Shown here one piece after another: positions 9,236 through 17,963 of a DNA stretch of 32,000 nt. The DNA lies in assembly GCF_000196355.1 (NCBI RefSeq), contig NC_007614.1:2730001-2762000 (forward strand), in the 5' to 3' direction. The number at the start of each line of letters is the position of its first letter. Position 1 is the first letter of the stretch. The position numbers were made by a program, and so were the translations under genes. Source of the stretch: Nitrosospira multiformis ATCC 25196 (lineage in GTDB: Bacteria; Pseudomonadota; Gammaproteobacteria; Burkholderiales; Nitrosomonadaceae). The notes below the pieces were generated by a model. It saw nothing but the letters and a program-made list of their open reading frames with translations, searched no databases and was not told the DNA's origin.

Positions 9236-11722
9236 ATGAAGGAATTACCGTCCAATAGCGTACAAAAAGGTAATCTATTGCGCTTAGCTCGCCGTTTAAG
9301 TTTTAAATTTCACCTCGCCCGGCAAAATCTAATTGCTCTCGTAAGTGATTCCCCTCCACGCGAAGACCTGTTTGATGGAGATTTCTACCTGGCGCAGTAC
9401 TCGGACGTGGCCCAGGCTGGCATTGATCCATATGAACATTTTATCCTTTACGGTAGAAAGGAGGGTCGCATCGGTGTACCCGCGTATCTTCCGAAACTGG
9501 AGTACCGGGGTAACTTGGAAGCTATTAATCATGACCGCGATACCATACTGGTTGTCAGCCATGAGGCTTCGCGCACGGGCGCCCCTATATTAAGTCTGAA
9601 CATCGTTCGCGAACTCAAAAAAAAGTACAACGTTATAACCCTGTTGCTACTGAACGGCGGAGTGATTGCCGATGATTTCCTTCGCGCCTCCGACATCGTA
9701 ATAGGACCATTCAGTGATGGACGTAACCCGGATTTGGTCGCTTCTGGAATTGATCAGTTACTAGCCTTGACTCCCGTAACGTTTGCAATTGTCAATAGCA
9801 TCGAATCCCGAGCGGTGCTTCCCGGGTTAGCAAGACGGTTTATTCCAACAGTCTCCCTTATCCACGAATTTGCCTCCTACGTAAGACCCGTAGGGAGTTT
9901 TCGTGAAGTTGTTTTCTGGTCTTCGGAAACCATATTTTCTGCTTCCTTGACATATGAAAATGCCATTTCTGAATATCCAGATCTCCGGAATTGCAAATTT
10001 CCTGTAGTTCCCCAAGGACGCTGCGCCCTTCCTTCTCCAGAGAACGAAGCGGCTCTTCGGCTGGAGGAAGAAGCCAAGGTTCTCGCCATGCTTCGGCCGG
10101 TAGACTTGCCGAAAGATACAGTCATTATTCTAGGTGCGGGGACTGTAGAGATTAGAAAAGGTGTGGATCTGTTTATTGCATGCGCTGCGGAGATATTCAA
10201 GGCGTGTCCGGATGCGCTTTGCCGATTTGTCTGGATCGGTAGTGGTTATGATCCAGAGCATGACGGTGCGTACTCTGTCTATCTGGCGGACCAGATCCGC
10301 CGGTCGGGACTTCAGGAGCGCGTTTTTTTCCTGCCAGCAACTTCCAGTATTGAAACAGCTTATCAAGCAGCAGATATTTTTTTACTGAGCCCCCGTCTGG
10401 ATCCCTTGCCTAATGTAGCGATTGATGCCATGTGGCATGGATTGCCCGTCGTTTGTTTTGCGCGCGCCACTGGCATTGCGGACATCCTAATTGAAAATGG
10501 TTTTGAAAAAATATGTGTTGCACGCTATTTTGAAATATCTCAACTGGCATCCAAGATTCTGGCATTGATAAAGTCCAGGCCCATGAGACAGGAGATTGGC
10601 AGGAAACTACAGCAATTAGTACTTAATAAATTCAACATCGAGCATTATGTAAGCCAATTGGAAGGGATTGGCTTTAATGCAGGTAAACGGGTTGTCAACG
10701 AACAGGCTGACATCCTGGAAATCATCAAGTCGGGGATTTCCCGCCTTGACTTCTATGTTCCTCCATGGCTTGAAGGTCAACAGTTGGATGAAGCAGTAAG
10801 ATTTTACGTACGGGCATGGCGGAGCGGGGTTTTGCGGAGGAAGCTATTTCCCGGCTTTCACCCGGGAGTTTTTCTTGAGCATAATGCAGGAAAATCTGAA
10901 GGAGATCCGTTAGCAAATTATTTGCGCGCCGGCCAACCGGACGGTCCTTGGCGGTATGGTCTTATAACGTCTGAAGAAGCCGCTCGCCCCCTATCTTCCT
11001 CCATCCGCGTAGCCCTCCATTTACATGTCTATTATTCGGAGCTATTTCCGGAAATAATGGCCCGACTAAAAGTAAATAATGTTCGTCCTGATCTCTTTAT
11101 CAGCGTGCCGACAGAATGCACGCGCAATGAGGTGACTGGTTTATTGAACGATTATCCGGGAAAGGTCGTCGACATTCAGATAGTCCCCAACCGCGGACGC
11201 GATATCGGTCCTTTACTGACCGCCTTCGGCAGCGTATTTCTTGATGATTATGATGCCATCGGACATTTACATACCAAAAAAACAGCCGATTTAAGTGATG
11301 AAATGATCGGCAAGAGGTGGTATACCTTCCTTCTGGAGAACTTACTGGGCGGCAAAAGAAACATGGCCGATATCATACTAGGACGCATGACTGCTGATCC
11401 TGCTATCGGCATAGTTTTCCCGGATGATCCACATGTTTTTGATTGGGGAAACAACAAGGCTCACGCAGACAGCCTTGCCAGCAAGCTGGGCTTGGGAAAG
11501 CTGCAGGAAAACTTTGTCTTCCCTATGGGGACAATGTTTTGGGCCCGGACCGAGGCACTTCGTCCACTTTTTACCCTGGACCTGAGCTGGCAAGATTACC
11601 CTGCCGAACCGCTCCCATACGACGGAACAATCTTGCACGCTCTTGAAAGATTGCTTCCATTGATAGCAGCAAAGCAATCAACTCGTTCTGTATTAACTAA
11701 CGTAACAGGCGTAACGAGATAA
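9236..11722 (+). CDS. Multidomain glycosyltransferase: GT4 domain plus C-terminal rhamnan synthesis protein F (RgpF)-like domain
   Basis: GT4: 'VILGAGTVEIRKGVDLFIACAAEIF...FLLSPRLDPLPNVAIDAMWHGLPVVCF'. RgpF-like C-terminus: 'VALHLHVYYSELFPEIMARLKVNNVRPDLFISV...NRGRDIGPLLTAFGSVFLDDYDAIGHLHTKKT'. Confidence 0.87.
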   Translation: MKELPSNSVQKGNLLRLARRLSFKFHLARQNLIALVSDSPPREDLFDGDFYLAQYSDVAQAGIDPYEHFILYGRKEGRIGVPAYLPKLEYRGNLEAINHDRDTILVVSHEASRTGAPILSLNIVRELKKKYNVITLLLLNGGVIADDFLRASDIVIGPFSDGRNPDLVASGIDQLLALTPVTFAIVNSIESRAVLPGLARRFIPTVSLIHEFASYVRPVGSFREVVFWSSETIFSASLTYENAISEYPDLRNCKFPVVPQGRCALPSPENEAALRLEEEAKVLAMLRPVDLPKDTVIILGAGTVEIRKGVDLFIACAAEIFKACPDALCRFVWIGSGYDPEHDGAYSVYLADQIRRSGLQERVFFLPATSSIETAYQAADIFLLSPRLDPLPNVAIDAMWHGLPVVCFARATGIADILIENGFEKICVARYFEISQLASKILALIKSRPMRQEIGRKLQQLVLNKFNIEHYVSQLEGIGFNAGKRVVNEQADILEIIKSGISRLDFYVPPWLEGQQLDEAVRFYVRAWRSGVLRRKLFPGFHPGVFLEHNAGKSEGDPLANYLRAGQPDGPWRYGLITSEEAARPLSSSIRVALHLHVYYSELFPEIMARLKVNNVRPDLFISVPTECTRNEVTGLLNDYPGKVVDIQIVPNRGRDIGPLLTAFGSVFLDDYDAIGHLHTKKTADLSDEMIGKRWYTFLLENLLGGKRNMADIILGRMTADPAIGIVFPDDPHVFDWGNNKAHADSLASKLGLGKLQENFVFPMGTMFWARTEALRPLFTLDLSWQDYPAEPLPYDGTILHALERLLPLIAAKQSTRSVLTNVTGVTR

Positions 11723-11723
11723 C

Positions 11724-12656
11724 GTGAAAATAGTGATCTTTGGCGGCGGCGGTTTCATCGGCTCTGCAATCGTTGACAGACTGCTTCTCGATGGCCATGA
11801 ATTGACGATCTTCGAGCGGCCGAGAGTGGAACCCTATCGCAAATTTCTGGATACTGAGCCTGTGAAATGGTTAACCGGCGATTTATTAAGCACACACGAC
11901 GTTGGCGATGCAATAGACGGGATGGATATCGTGATACATCTCGTCTCCTCCACCCTGCCCAAGAGCTCGAATGATGATCCCATTTACGATGTTCAGAGCA
12001 ACCTAGTAGGATCGTTGCAAATGCTGAACGTTATGGTCGCCAAAAAAATAAGGAAGATTATCTTCATTTCGTCAGGTGGAACCGTATACGGGAGGCCAGA
12101 GTATTTACCCATTGATGAGCGTCACCCCACAGCGCCCCAAGTTTCCTACGGCATTACCAAGCTTGCAATTGAGAAATATCTTTTACTCTTCGAACAAATG
12201 CATGGCATCAAGACTACCATTCTTCGAGTGGCTAACCCTTTCGGCGAACGTCAGCGCATCGAAACCGCTCAAGGGGCCGTTAGTGCTTTCCTTCACAGGG
12301 CCTTAAGCGGACAGCCAATCGAAATATGGGGAGATGGAACCGCTACCCGAGATTATATTTACATTAGCGATGTAGCTGACGCGTTTGCACGTACCGTAAC
12401 TTATGAAGGCCCACAAAGCGTTTTCAATATTAGCTCCGGAGCGGGAACCAGCCTTAATGAACTTGTTTCCCTGCTTGAAGAAATTCTCGGTCATACGATT
12501 GAGTGCCGCTATCTGTCTGGGCGTAGTTTTGATGTGCAAGTCAGTATCTTAAGTAACACCCTCGCACAACAGGAAATGGGTTGGATGCCAAAGGTTCCTT
12601 TACGAGAGGGAATTGAAAATGTTGTCAAATGGATGATTAAAACCCGAGGAAAGTGA
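11724..12656 (+). CDS. NAD-dependent epimerase/dehydratase (UDP-glucose 4-epimerase-like SDR)
   Basis: GTG start. 'MKIVIFGGGGFIGSAIVDRLL' Rossmann motif, 'SYGITKLAIEKYL' YxxxK catalytic pair, 'GDGTATRDYIYISDVADAF'. Confidence 0.92.
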   Translation: MKIVIFGGGGFIGSAIVDRLLLDGHELTIFERPRVEPYRKFLDTEPVKWLTGDLLSTHDVGDAIDGMDIVIHLVSSTLPKSSNDDPIYDVQSNLVGSLQMLNVMVAKKIRKIIFISSGGTVYGRPEYLPIDERHPTAPQVSYGITKLAIEKYLLLFEQMHGIKTTILRVANPFGERQRIETAQGAVSAFLHRALSGQPIEIWGDGTATRDYIYISDVADAFARTVTYEGPQSVFNISSGAGTSLNELVSLLEEILGHTIECRYLSGRSFDVQVSILSNTLAQQEMGWMPKVPLREGIENVVKWMIKTRGK

Positions 12657-12705
12657 TAGCGAGAATGCTTGTGAAGCAGCCACGCGAGATGTGGAGTTGC
12701 CCCTA

Positions 12706-13551
12706 TTAAACCGGACAAGATGCGGTTAGTAACTGGCTGCGGATGAATTGTCGTGGTGACTTCATCTTCAGCCCCTTGTGAGGATGGTATTCATTGTAAT
12801 CCTCGAACCATTGGGCAAGCTGCGCTATTACGGTTTTTGCGTCGGGACGATCATGGACATAGACGTAATCCCGCTTGAAGGTTTTGACGAAGGCCTCGGC
12901 CATGCCGTTGGATTCGGGGCTTCTGACGGGAGTAAAACAGCTGATGAAGCCCATATCCTTTGCAAAAGCAGTTGTCTCGCTGGCGGTGTAACAACTGCCA
13001 TTGTCGCTGAGCCACTCCACCCTGTGTGGGAGCAGGTCAACGGTGCCGAAGCGCCGCTCAACGGATTCAGTCATCAGATCGCGCACCATTTCCCCAGTAA
13101 TGCCGCCAGTGGTGGCAACATGGCTGATGACTTCACGATCACAGCAATCCAGGGCGAAGGCAACACGCACTACTTGCCCATTCCAGCAGGGAATCTCAAA
13201 ACCATCCGAACACCAGCGCAAATTGGAACGCAAGGTAATGACCTTGCCTTCATGAGACAGCACGCGCTGTTTGCCCGTATATCGGGCCAGCAGGCCATTC
13301 TGGCGCATGATGCGATAGACCCGCTTGTGATTGACAGCAGGCTTTCCCATTCTCTCCAGTTTGCGGTTAAGGAGAGCGCAAATCCTTCTGTATCCGTAGG
13401 TCGCGCGGCAATCCACAATTTCGCGGATCAAGGGCAACAGCCAGGCATCATCAGCCTTGTTGTAGCGGCAACGAAAAGACTTTTCCTGCGGCTTCATCCG
13501 TTCCACAAGACGGGAGCGCGCCACACCCATGGTGTCTGCAATGGCCTTCAC
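12706..13551 (-). CDS. IS3-family transposase OrfB (DDE integrase core)
   Basis: 'TYGYRRICALLNRKLERMGKPAVNHKRVYRIMRQNGLLARY', 'RVAFALDCCDREVISHVATTGGITGEMVRDLM', 'WLSDNGSCYTASETTAFAKDMGF...SPESNGMAEAFVKTFKRDYV' (DDE residues). GTG start overlapping the orfA stop (GTGA). Stop lies inside the terminal inverted repeat. Confidence 0.95.
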   Translation of the reverse strand: MKAIADTMGVARSRLVERMKPQEKSFRCRYNKADDAWLLPLIREIVDCRATYGYRRICALLNRKLERMGKPAVNHKRVYRIMRQNGLLARYTGKQRVLSHEGKVITLRSNLRWCSDGFEIPCWNGQVVRVAFALDCCDREVISHVATTGGITGEMVRDLMTESVERRFGTVDLLPHRVEWLSDNGSCYTASETTAFAKDMGFISCFTPVRSPESNGMAEAFVKTFKRDYVYVHDRPDAKTVIAQLAQWFEDYNEYHPHKGLKMKSPRQFIRSQLLTASCPV

Positions 13552-13973
13552 AGCAAATCGTCCTGTGGCAGCAAGGGCATGCGCGAGATCAGTTTTTTTT
13601 CATGCGCAAGCTTCACCGCTTCCGTGAGAATCTCATTCTCCAGGGTTTTCTTGCCCAGCACCCGCTCCAACTCCCGGATCCGCTTCTTCAACTCTTTCAC
13701 CTCGGCCGCAGACACTACCGCATCACCACTACGCACTGCTTCTTGTCCGCCCTCGGTCATAAGCTTCCTCCAGCGAAATAACAAGCTCGGAGCAATACCA
13801 TATTTTCGCGCCACATACGAGACACTCATGCCCGGCAAGCGCGATTCCTCAACAGCTTTTAATTTCTCACCCAGGGTCCAGCGCCTGCGGCGCTCAACCC
13901 CGGTTACTACTTCAATACGATCCAAACCTGAAGCACTATGCATAGCACCAGGCATATGCCTATCTCCTATCAT
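13548..13973 (-). CDS. IS3-family transposase OrfA (IS2-like helix-turn-helix/leucine zipper protein)
   Basis: 'RRRWTLGEKLKAVEESRLPGMSVSYVARKYGIAPSLLFRWRKLMTEGG' and 'ELKKRIRELERVLGKKTLENEILTEAVK'. The true start may be an internal Met. Confidence 0.92.
   Translation of the reverse strand: MIGDRHMPGAMHSASGLDRIEVVTGVERRRRWTLGEKLKAVEESRLPGMSVSYVARKYGIAPSLLFRWRKLMTEGGQEAVRSGDAVVSAAEVKELKKRIRELERVLGKKTLENEILTEAVKLAHEKKLISRMPLLPQDDLL
13593..13600 (-). promoter_or_regulatory. A8 slippery run for programmed -1 frameshift producing the OrfAB transposase
   Basis: Minus-strand 'CATGAAAAAAAACTG'. The OrfB frame (-1 relative to OrfA) is open from the A8 run to the GTG, reading 'KKTDLAHALAATGRFAVKAIADTMGVARS'. 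Confidence 0.8.
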
Positions 13974-14013
13974 CAGTGCATCTGTGTCCGGTTCAATTGG
14001 GGGCTACTACAAG

Positions 14014-14922
14014 ATGGATGATGATTCGAATCCCCTTTGCATCTCGGCCGTAATCGTCAATTACAATGCCGGGCAAACCCTGGTGGATTGTGTTGAATCG
14101 GCACTGCCACAGGTGACCGAAGTGCTGATAGTGGATAACGCCTCTTCGGATCGAAGCCTCGAACTCTGCACGGGGCGATTTCCTGCGGAACCGAAACTCA
14201 GGATTATCCGCAATACAGCCAATCTCGGTTTTGCCGCGGCCTGCAACATCGGCGCCAAGGCTGCTTGCGAGCCTCATGTTCTGTTTCTCAACCCCGATTG
14301 CATCCTGAGTAAAAATTCGTTGCCGCGTCTGCTCCATGTATTGGAAATGATCCCCCAGGCCGGCATGGCGGGTGGACTTTTAACCAATCAGGATGGGACC
14401 GAGCAGGCAGGAGGACGCCGTGCCGTACCGACACCCTGGCGCTCCCTCGTGCGCGCTTTTGGCTTGTACCGCCTTGAGCGTTACTGGCCCCGCCTGTTTT
14501 TTGATTTTCACCTGCACAAGCAGTCTTTACCCCCGGGGCCGCTCGAAGTGGAGGCTATTTCCGGCGCACTCATGCTGGTGCGGCAGGAGGCAATCCGGGA
14601 TGTGGGGCCATGGGATGAGGGTTATTTTCTTCACTGCGAGGACCTCGATTGGTGCATGCGCTTCCGGGAAAAAGGCTGGAAGATACTTTTCGTGCCTGAT
14701 GCGCCGGTAGTGCACCGTAAGGGAACATGCAGCAGATCCCGGCCGATATTCGTGGAATGGCACAAGCACAGGGGAATGATGCGTTTCTATCGCAAGTTCT
14801 TCCGGCAGGAATATCCCGGCGCTTTGATGTGGCTGGTGGCAGCGGGAATATGGTTGCGTTTCGGGGCAATAGCCACTATTTATTGCATGCAGTATATTGG
14901 GAGACTGGCGCAATCGAGGTGA
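14014..14922 (+). CDS. Glycosyltransferase family 2 (rhamnosyltransferase/WbbL-like); 5' end disrupted by the adjacent IS element
   Basis: 'ISAVIVNYNAGQTLVDCVESALPQVTEVLIVDNASSDRSLELC', 'HVLFLNPDCIL', 'GPWDEGYFLHCEDLDWCMRFREKGW'. The 12778 start in the ORF track is an artefact of an open frame running antisense through the IS. The first Met outside the IS is 14014. Confidence 0.85.
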   Translation: MDDDSNPLCISAVIVNYNAGQTLVDCVESALPQVTEVLIVDNASSDRSLELCTGRFPAEPKLRIIRNTANLGFAAACNIGAKAACEPHVLFLNPDCILSKNSLPRLLHVLEMIPQAGMAGGLLTNQDGTEQAGGRRAVPTPWRSLVRAFGLYRLERYWPRLFFDFHLHKQSLPPGPLEVEAISGALMLVRQEAIRDVGPWDEGYFLHCEDLDWCMRFREKGWKILFVPDAPVVHRKGTCSRSRPIFVEWHKHRGMMRFYRKFFRQEYPGALMWLVAAGIWLRFGAIATIYCMQYIGRLAQSR

Positions 14923-15018
14923 AACCCCAGTCTGCCTCGGGACCTTTTCCGATCTCCGGTTCCGATCCCGGTCCGATCCTGTGGAATCCCCGGCACTGCT
15001 CCCGCGCTAACAAATCAA

Positions 15019-15912
15019 ATGGCTGATCCGGGCCCCCACCATAAAATCATGGTCACAGGCGCTACCAGTATTATCGGAGAATTCCTGCTGCCAAACCTGC
15101 TGGATGCCGGTTATGAGGTTCATGCAATCAGCCGGCGGCCGGCGGAAGCGTTGCCTTCCAATGGAAAATTGATCTGGCATCAGGCAGACGTGAGCGAGCC
15201 GGCACAGATACCTGACGTCGACGTGCAAATTCTCATTCATCTCGCCCCCCTCTGGCTCCTCCCGCCGCTGCTGCCGGTACTGAATACGCTCCAACTGAAA
15301 CGCGTGATCGGCTTCGGGTCCACCAGCGTGTTTAGCAAATCGCATTCCGCCCATGCGGCGGAAAGAAAGGTGGCAGCCCGGCTGGCGGAAGCGGAAGAAG
15401 CTGTTCGCCGCTTTTGCAGCGCATCCGCAATGGATTGGACGATATTTCGTCCAACACTGGTTTATGATTGCGTTCGCGACAAGAATATTACGAGAATTGC
15501 AAGCTTTATCCGTCGTTACGGCTTTTTTCCACTGATCGGACGAGCCGCCGGGCTGCGGCAACCGATCCATGCGGCCGATCTCGCGCAAACATGCATGACC
15601 GCGCTCTTCCAGCCTCTGACTTTCAATAAGGCCTACAACCTGAGCGGCGGCGAGACTTTAAGCTACCGCCAGATGGTGGAGAAAATCTTCAGTTCGCTCG
15701 GCAAGCCTGCACATTTCCTGATTGCCCCCCTGTGGCTCTACCGACTAGCGATACGCGCAGCCATGCTGCTCCCCGGCAAGCAAGAAATCACAACCGAAAT
15801 GGCAACACGCATGAATGTCGATCTGTGTTTTGACCATACGGAAGCGACCGGCGATTTCGGTTTCGCGCCCAGGGCGTTCTCACCTGAATGGGATGGCGGA
15901 CAGGAAAAGTGA
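15019..15912 (+). CDS. NAD(P)-dependent epimerase/dehydratase (SDR) family protein
   Basis: 'MVTGATSIIGEFLLPNLLDAGYEVHAISRRP' and 'DWTIFRPTLVYDCVRDKNI...AYNLSGGETLSYRQMVEKIF'. The start may be internal, at Met 15049. Confidence 0.8.
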   Translation: MADPGPHHKIMVTGATSIIGEFLLPNLLDAGYEVHAISRRPAEALPSNGKLIWHQADVSEPAQIPDVDVQILIHLAPLWLLPPLLPVLNTLQLKRVIGFGSTSVFSKSHSAHAAERKVAARLAEAEEAVRRFCSASAMDWTIFRPTLVYDCVRDKNITRIASFIRRYGFFPLIGRAAGLRQPIHAADLAQTCMTALFQPLTFNKAYNLSGGETLSYRQMVEKIFSSLGKPAHFLIAPLWLYRLAIRAAMLLPGKQEITTEMATRMNVDLCFDHTEATGDFGFAPRAFSPEWDGGQEK

Positions 15913-16334
15913 TGGCAGCCTTCGAAAAAATAGATATTCCCGATCATGAGGTCGAAATAAAGGCAATTCGCGCGCAAGGCGCCGGAGGGCAGAATGTAAA
16001 CAAGGTATCGAGCGCCGTTCATCTGCGCTTCGATATCAACGCTTCGTCGCTATCCGATATCCACAAGGAGCGTTTGCTGAAGCTCCACGATCAGCGTATA
16101 ACCCGCGAGGGCGTGATCATTATCAAGGCTCAGCAGTATCGCAGCCAGGAGAAAAACCGCGAGGAAGCCTTAAGACGCCTGCACGAACTTGTAGACAGCA
16201 TCGTTGAGTTGCCGCGAAAACGCAAGCCGACCCGGCCGACGGCGAGCTCCCAGAAAAAGCGGCTTGATAGCAAGACACACAAGGGCCAGATCAAGATCTT
16301 GAGAAAGAAATGGGTATCGGAACCGATGTCGTGA
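15912..16334 (+). CDS. arfB: Alternative ribosome-rescue factor ArfB (YaeJ; peptidyl-tRNA hydrolase, RF1 GGQ-type domain)
   Basis: 'IRAQGAGGQNVNKVSSAVHLRFDI' contains the GGQ motif. Basic C-terminal tail 'PRKRKPTRPTASSQKKRLDSKTHKGQIKILRKKW'. ATG overlaps the upstream TGA, with a GGAAAAG RBS. Confidence 0.93.
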   Translation: MAAFEKIDIPDHEVEIKAIRAQGAGGQNVNKVSSAVHLRFDINASSLSDIHKERLLKLHDQRITREGVIIIKAQQYRSQEKNREEALRRLHELVDSIVELPRKRKPTRPTASSQKKRLDSKTHKGQIKILRKKWVSEPMS

Positions 16335-16370
16335 TGCACCCAATCTTTTCCTTTGCCTTCCCTCTCCCTG

Positions 16371-16396
16371 TCCTCTCTCCGCCAAATGGGAGAGGA
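16371..16396. terminator. Possible stem-loop between convergent genes
   Basis: TCCTCTC (16371-16377) / GAGAGGA (16390-16396) inverted arms between the arfB end and the histidine kinase end. There is no clear U-tract, so it is weak. Confidence 0.25.
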
Positions 16397-16402
16397 CATG
16401 TT

Positions 16403-17938
16403 TCAATGAGTGGAAGCGAGTTCGTTTCCGTCTTTCTGGGAGTCGAGTGGGCGGCTTTGTGAGTTTGCAAGATGCGAACTTGAGGCTTCCGAGCGTGCCT
16501 CCGTTTTAGGAATGGATACCGATGTTATCGTGGGGAAAATAACGGAAAAAGTTGTCCCGACATTCTGTTCGCTGGAAATCCTGATCTGTAGTTTGTTGTT
16601 TTCGGCCACTGTCTTGACGATCGATAAGCCTATCCCGCTTGAAGTCCTGTTATGCAGTGCCGCTCGCGGAGTGTAAAAGTATTCATCGAAAATATGCGGC
16701 AGATCTTTTTCGCCGATCCCTATCCCATGATCGATAACGGTTACGGTACCGTAGGAACCTGCGCCTTCAACGGCAGCTACAATTTCTACCGTTGAGTTGT
16801 CATACGAATAAGCGATGGCGTTTGAAATGACATTTTCAAGCAGTATTTCAAGCTGATTGGGAATACCTTCAACGGCGAAGTCCTGGAGCGATACTTTTAC
16901 GTCGATATGGCGGGAACTGGCGATCGGTTTTAACTTATCGATGCATTTGCGGATTACTATTCCAATGCTGATCTGCTCTCTTGCGTTGTTGTCACGTGCG
17001 GCGGCTTTCAACCGTTCCAGCTTGAGGACATCCAGAATGAGGCTCGCCATGCCGGAAGCGCGATAATCGATCTTCGATATCACTTCTCTTATTTCGGGCG
17101 ATACCTCCCCGCAATATTCTCCTTTTATGAGGCTTATCTTGCTGCGGATAGCATCGAGCGGGGCTTTGAGTTGATGAGTCATCAGCACGGCGTACCGATC
17201 TTTCTCCACTTGCGCCCGCCTGATTTCCTCGTAGGCATCGACAAGGTTGTGCTCATGAATGCGCACTACAATCGCCAGCCTTGAGACGACATACCAGACA
17301 GTGATAAAGAGCACATCGAGCGTAAACATCCACAGGAAAATATTGATCTTGAGCGGACTCAGAACAGATATGCCAGGATCGATTGCCAGCGCTTGCGGTG
17401 CCATAAAAAGAAGCGGATGCTCATCCAGCAGAACAGTGGCGTACATGACGCATACCACGACAGTCACCACCAGGCTTTCCAGGGTCGAGAAAAAGATGCA
17501 CGCCAGCGCAATATGCAGCACATAAAAGAAGGGAGCGGGCGTCGCGATGCTGCCGATAAAATGCACTACTACCGACAGACACAGAAGATCGACAATGATC
17601 TGGGCCCAGATATTTATAGCGGGCGAGTTATATTTTGTTTGCCGCTGAAAATCCAGAGCTTGAATGTAAATGACGTTTGCAATGAATAATACCAACGTTA
17701 CCGCAAGCGGCCATCCTTGCTGGTGAGTAATGCCGATTTTCGTAAGCTCATCCGAGGCAATGAGCGCGAATACCTGAAAAAGCAGAAGAACCCCGATAAC
17801 ACCCCATCGAAAGATAATAAACCATCGGGCATTATTGATTAATACTTCATCGCTGAGCTTCGCGCCGTTTGTCCCCACTCCGGGAAGCGCGAAGCGATTT
17901 CTGTCGGACAGATTCCAGGAAAACTCGACAACCGCCAT
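16403..17938 (-). CDS. Membrane-bound sensor histidine kinase
   Basis: About 6 N-terminal hydrophobic segments. H-box 'MTHQLKAPLDAIRSKI', N-box 'ILLENVISNAIAYS', G1 'VIDHGIGIGEKDLPHIFDEYFYT', G2 'GIGLSIVKTV'. Confidence 0.92.
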   Translation of the reverse strand: MAVVEFSWNLSDRNRFALPGVGTNGAKLSDEVLINNARWFIIFRWGVIGVLLLFQVFALIASDELTKIGITHQQGWPLAVTLVLFIANVIYIQALDFQRQTKYNSPAINIWAQIIVDLLCLSVVVHFIGSIATPAPFFYVLHIALACIFFSTLESLVVTVVVCVMYATVLLDEHPLLFMAPQALAIDPGISVLSPLKINIFLWMFTLDVLFITVWYVVSRLAIVVRIHEHNLVDAYEEIRRAQVEKDRYAVLMTHQLKAPLDAIRSKISLIKGEYCGEVSPEIREVISKIDYRASGMASLILDVLKLERLKAAARDNNAREQISIGIVIRKCIDKLKPIASSRHIDVKVSLQDFAVEGIPNQLEILLENVISNAIAYSYDNSTVEIVAAVEGAGSYGTVTVIDHGIGIGEKDLPHIFDEYFYTPRAALHNRTSSGIGLSIVKTVAENNKLQIRISSEQNVGTTFSVIFPTITSVSIPKTEARSEASSSHLANSQSRPLDSQKDGNELASTH

Positions 17939-17963
17939 GGTTAAAGTCTCCGGAAATTCTGCT

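Larger units (their letters stand above)
12692..14011 (-). mobile_element. IS3-family (IS2-like subgroup) insertion sequence, 1320 bp, with 5-bp target-site duplication AGATG
   Basis: Termini TG...CA with imperfect inverted repeats. Left is TGGAGTTGCCCCTATTAAACCGGACA (12692-12717); right (reverse complement) is TGTAGTAGCCCCCAATTGAACCGGACA (14011-13985). The direct repeat AGATG occurs at 12687-12691 and 14012-14016. OrfA/OrfB lie within. Confidence 0.93.

Noticed and set aside
12778-14013. Long plus-strand ORF N-terminal to the GT2 (714-aa track ORF)
   Set aside because: This part lies antisense to the IS3 transposase genes and gives no family-like sequence. The GT2 similarity begins only after the IS end, at Met 14014.
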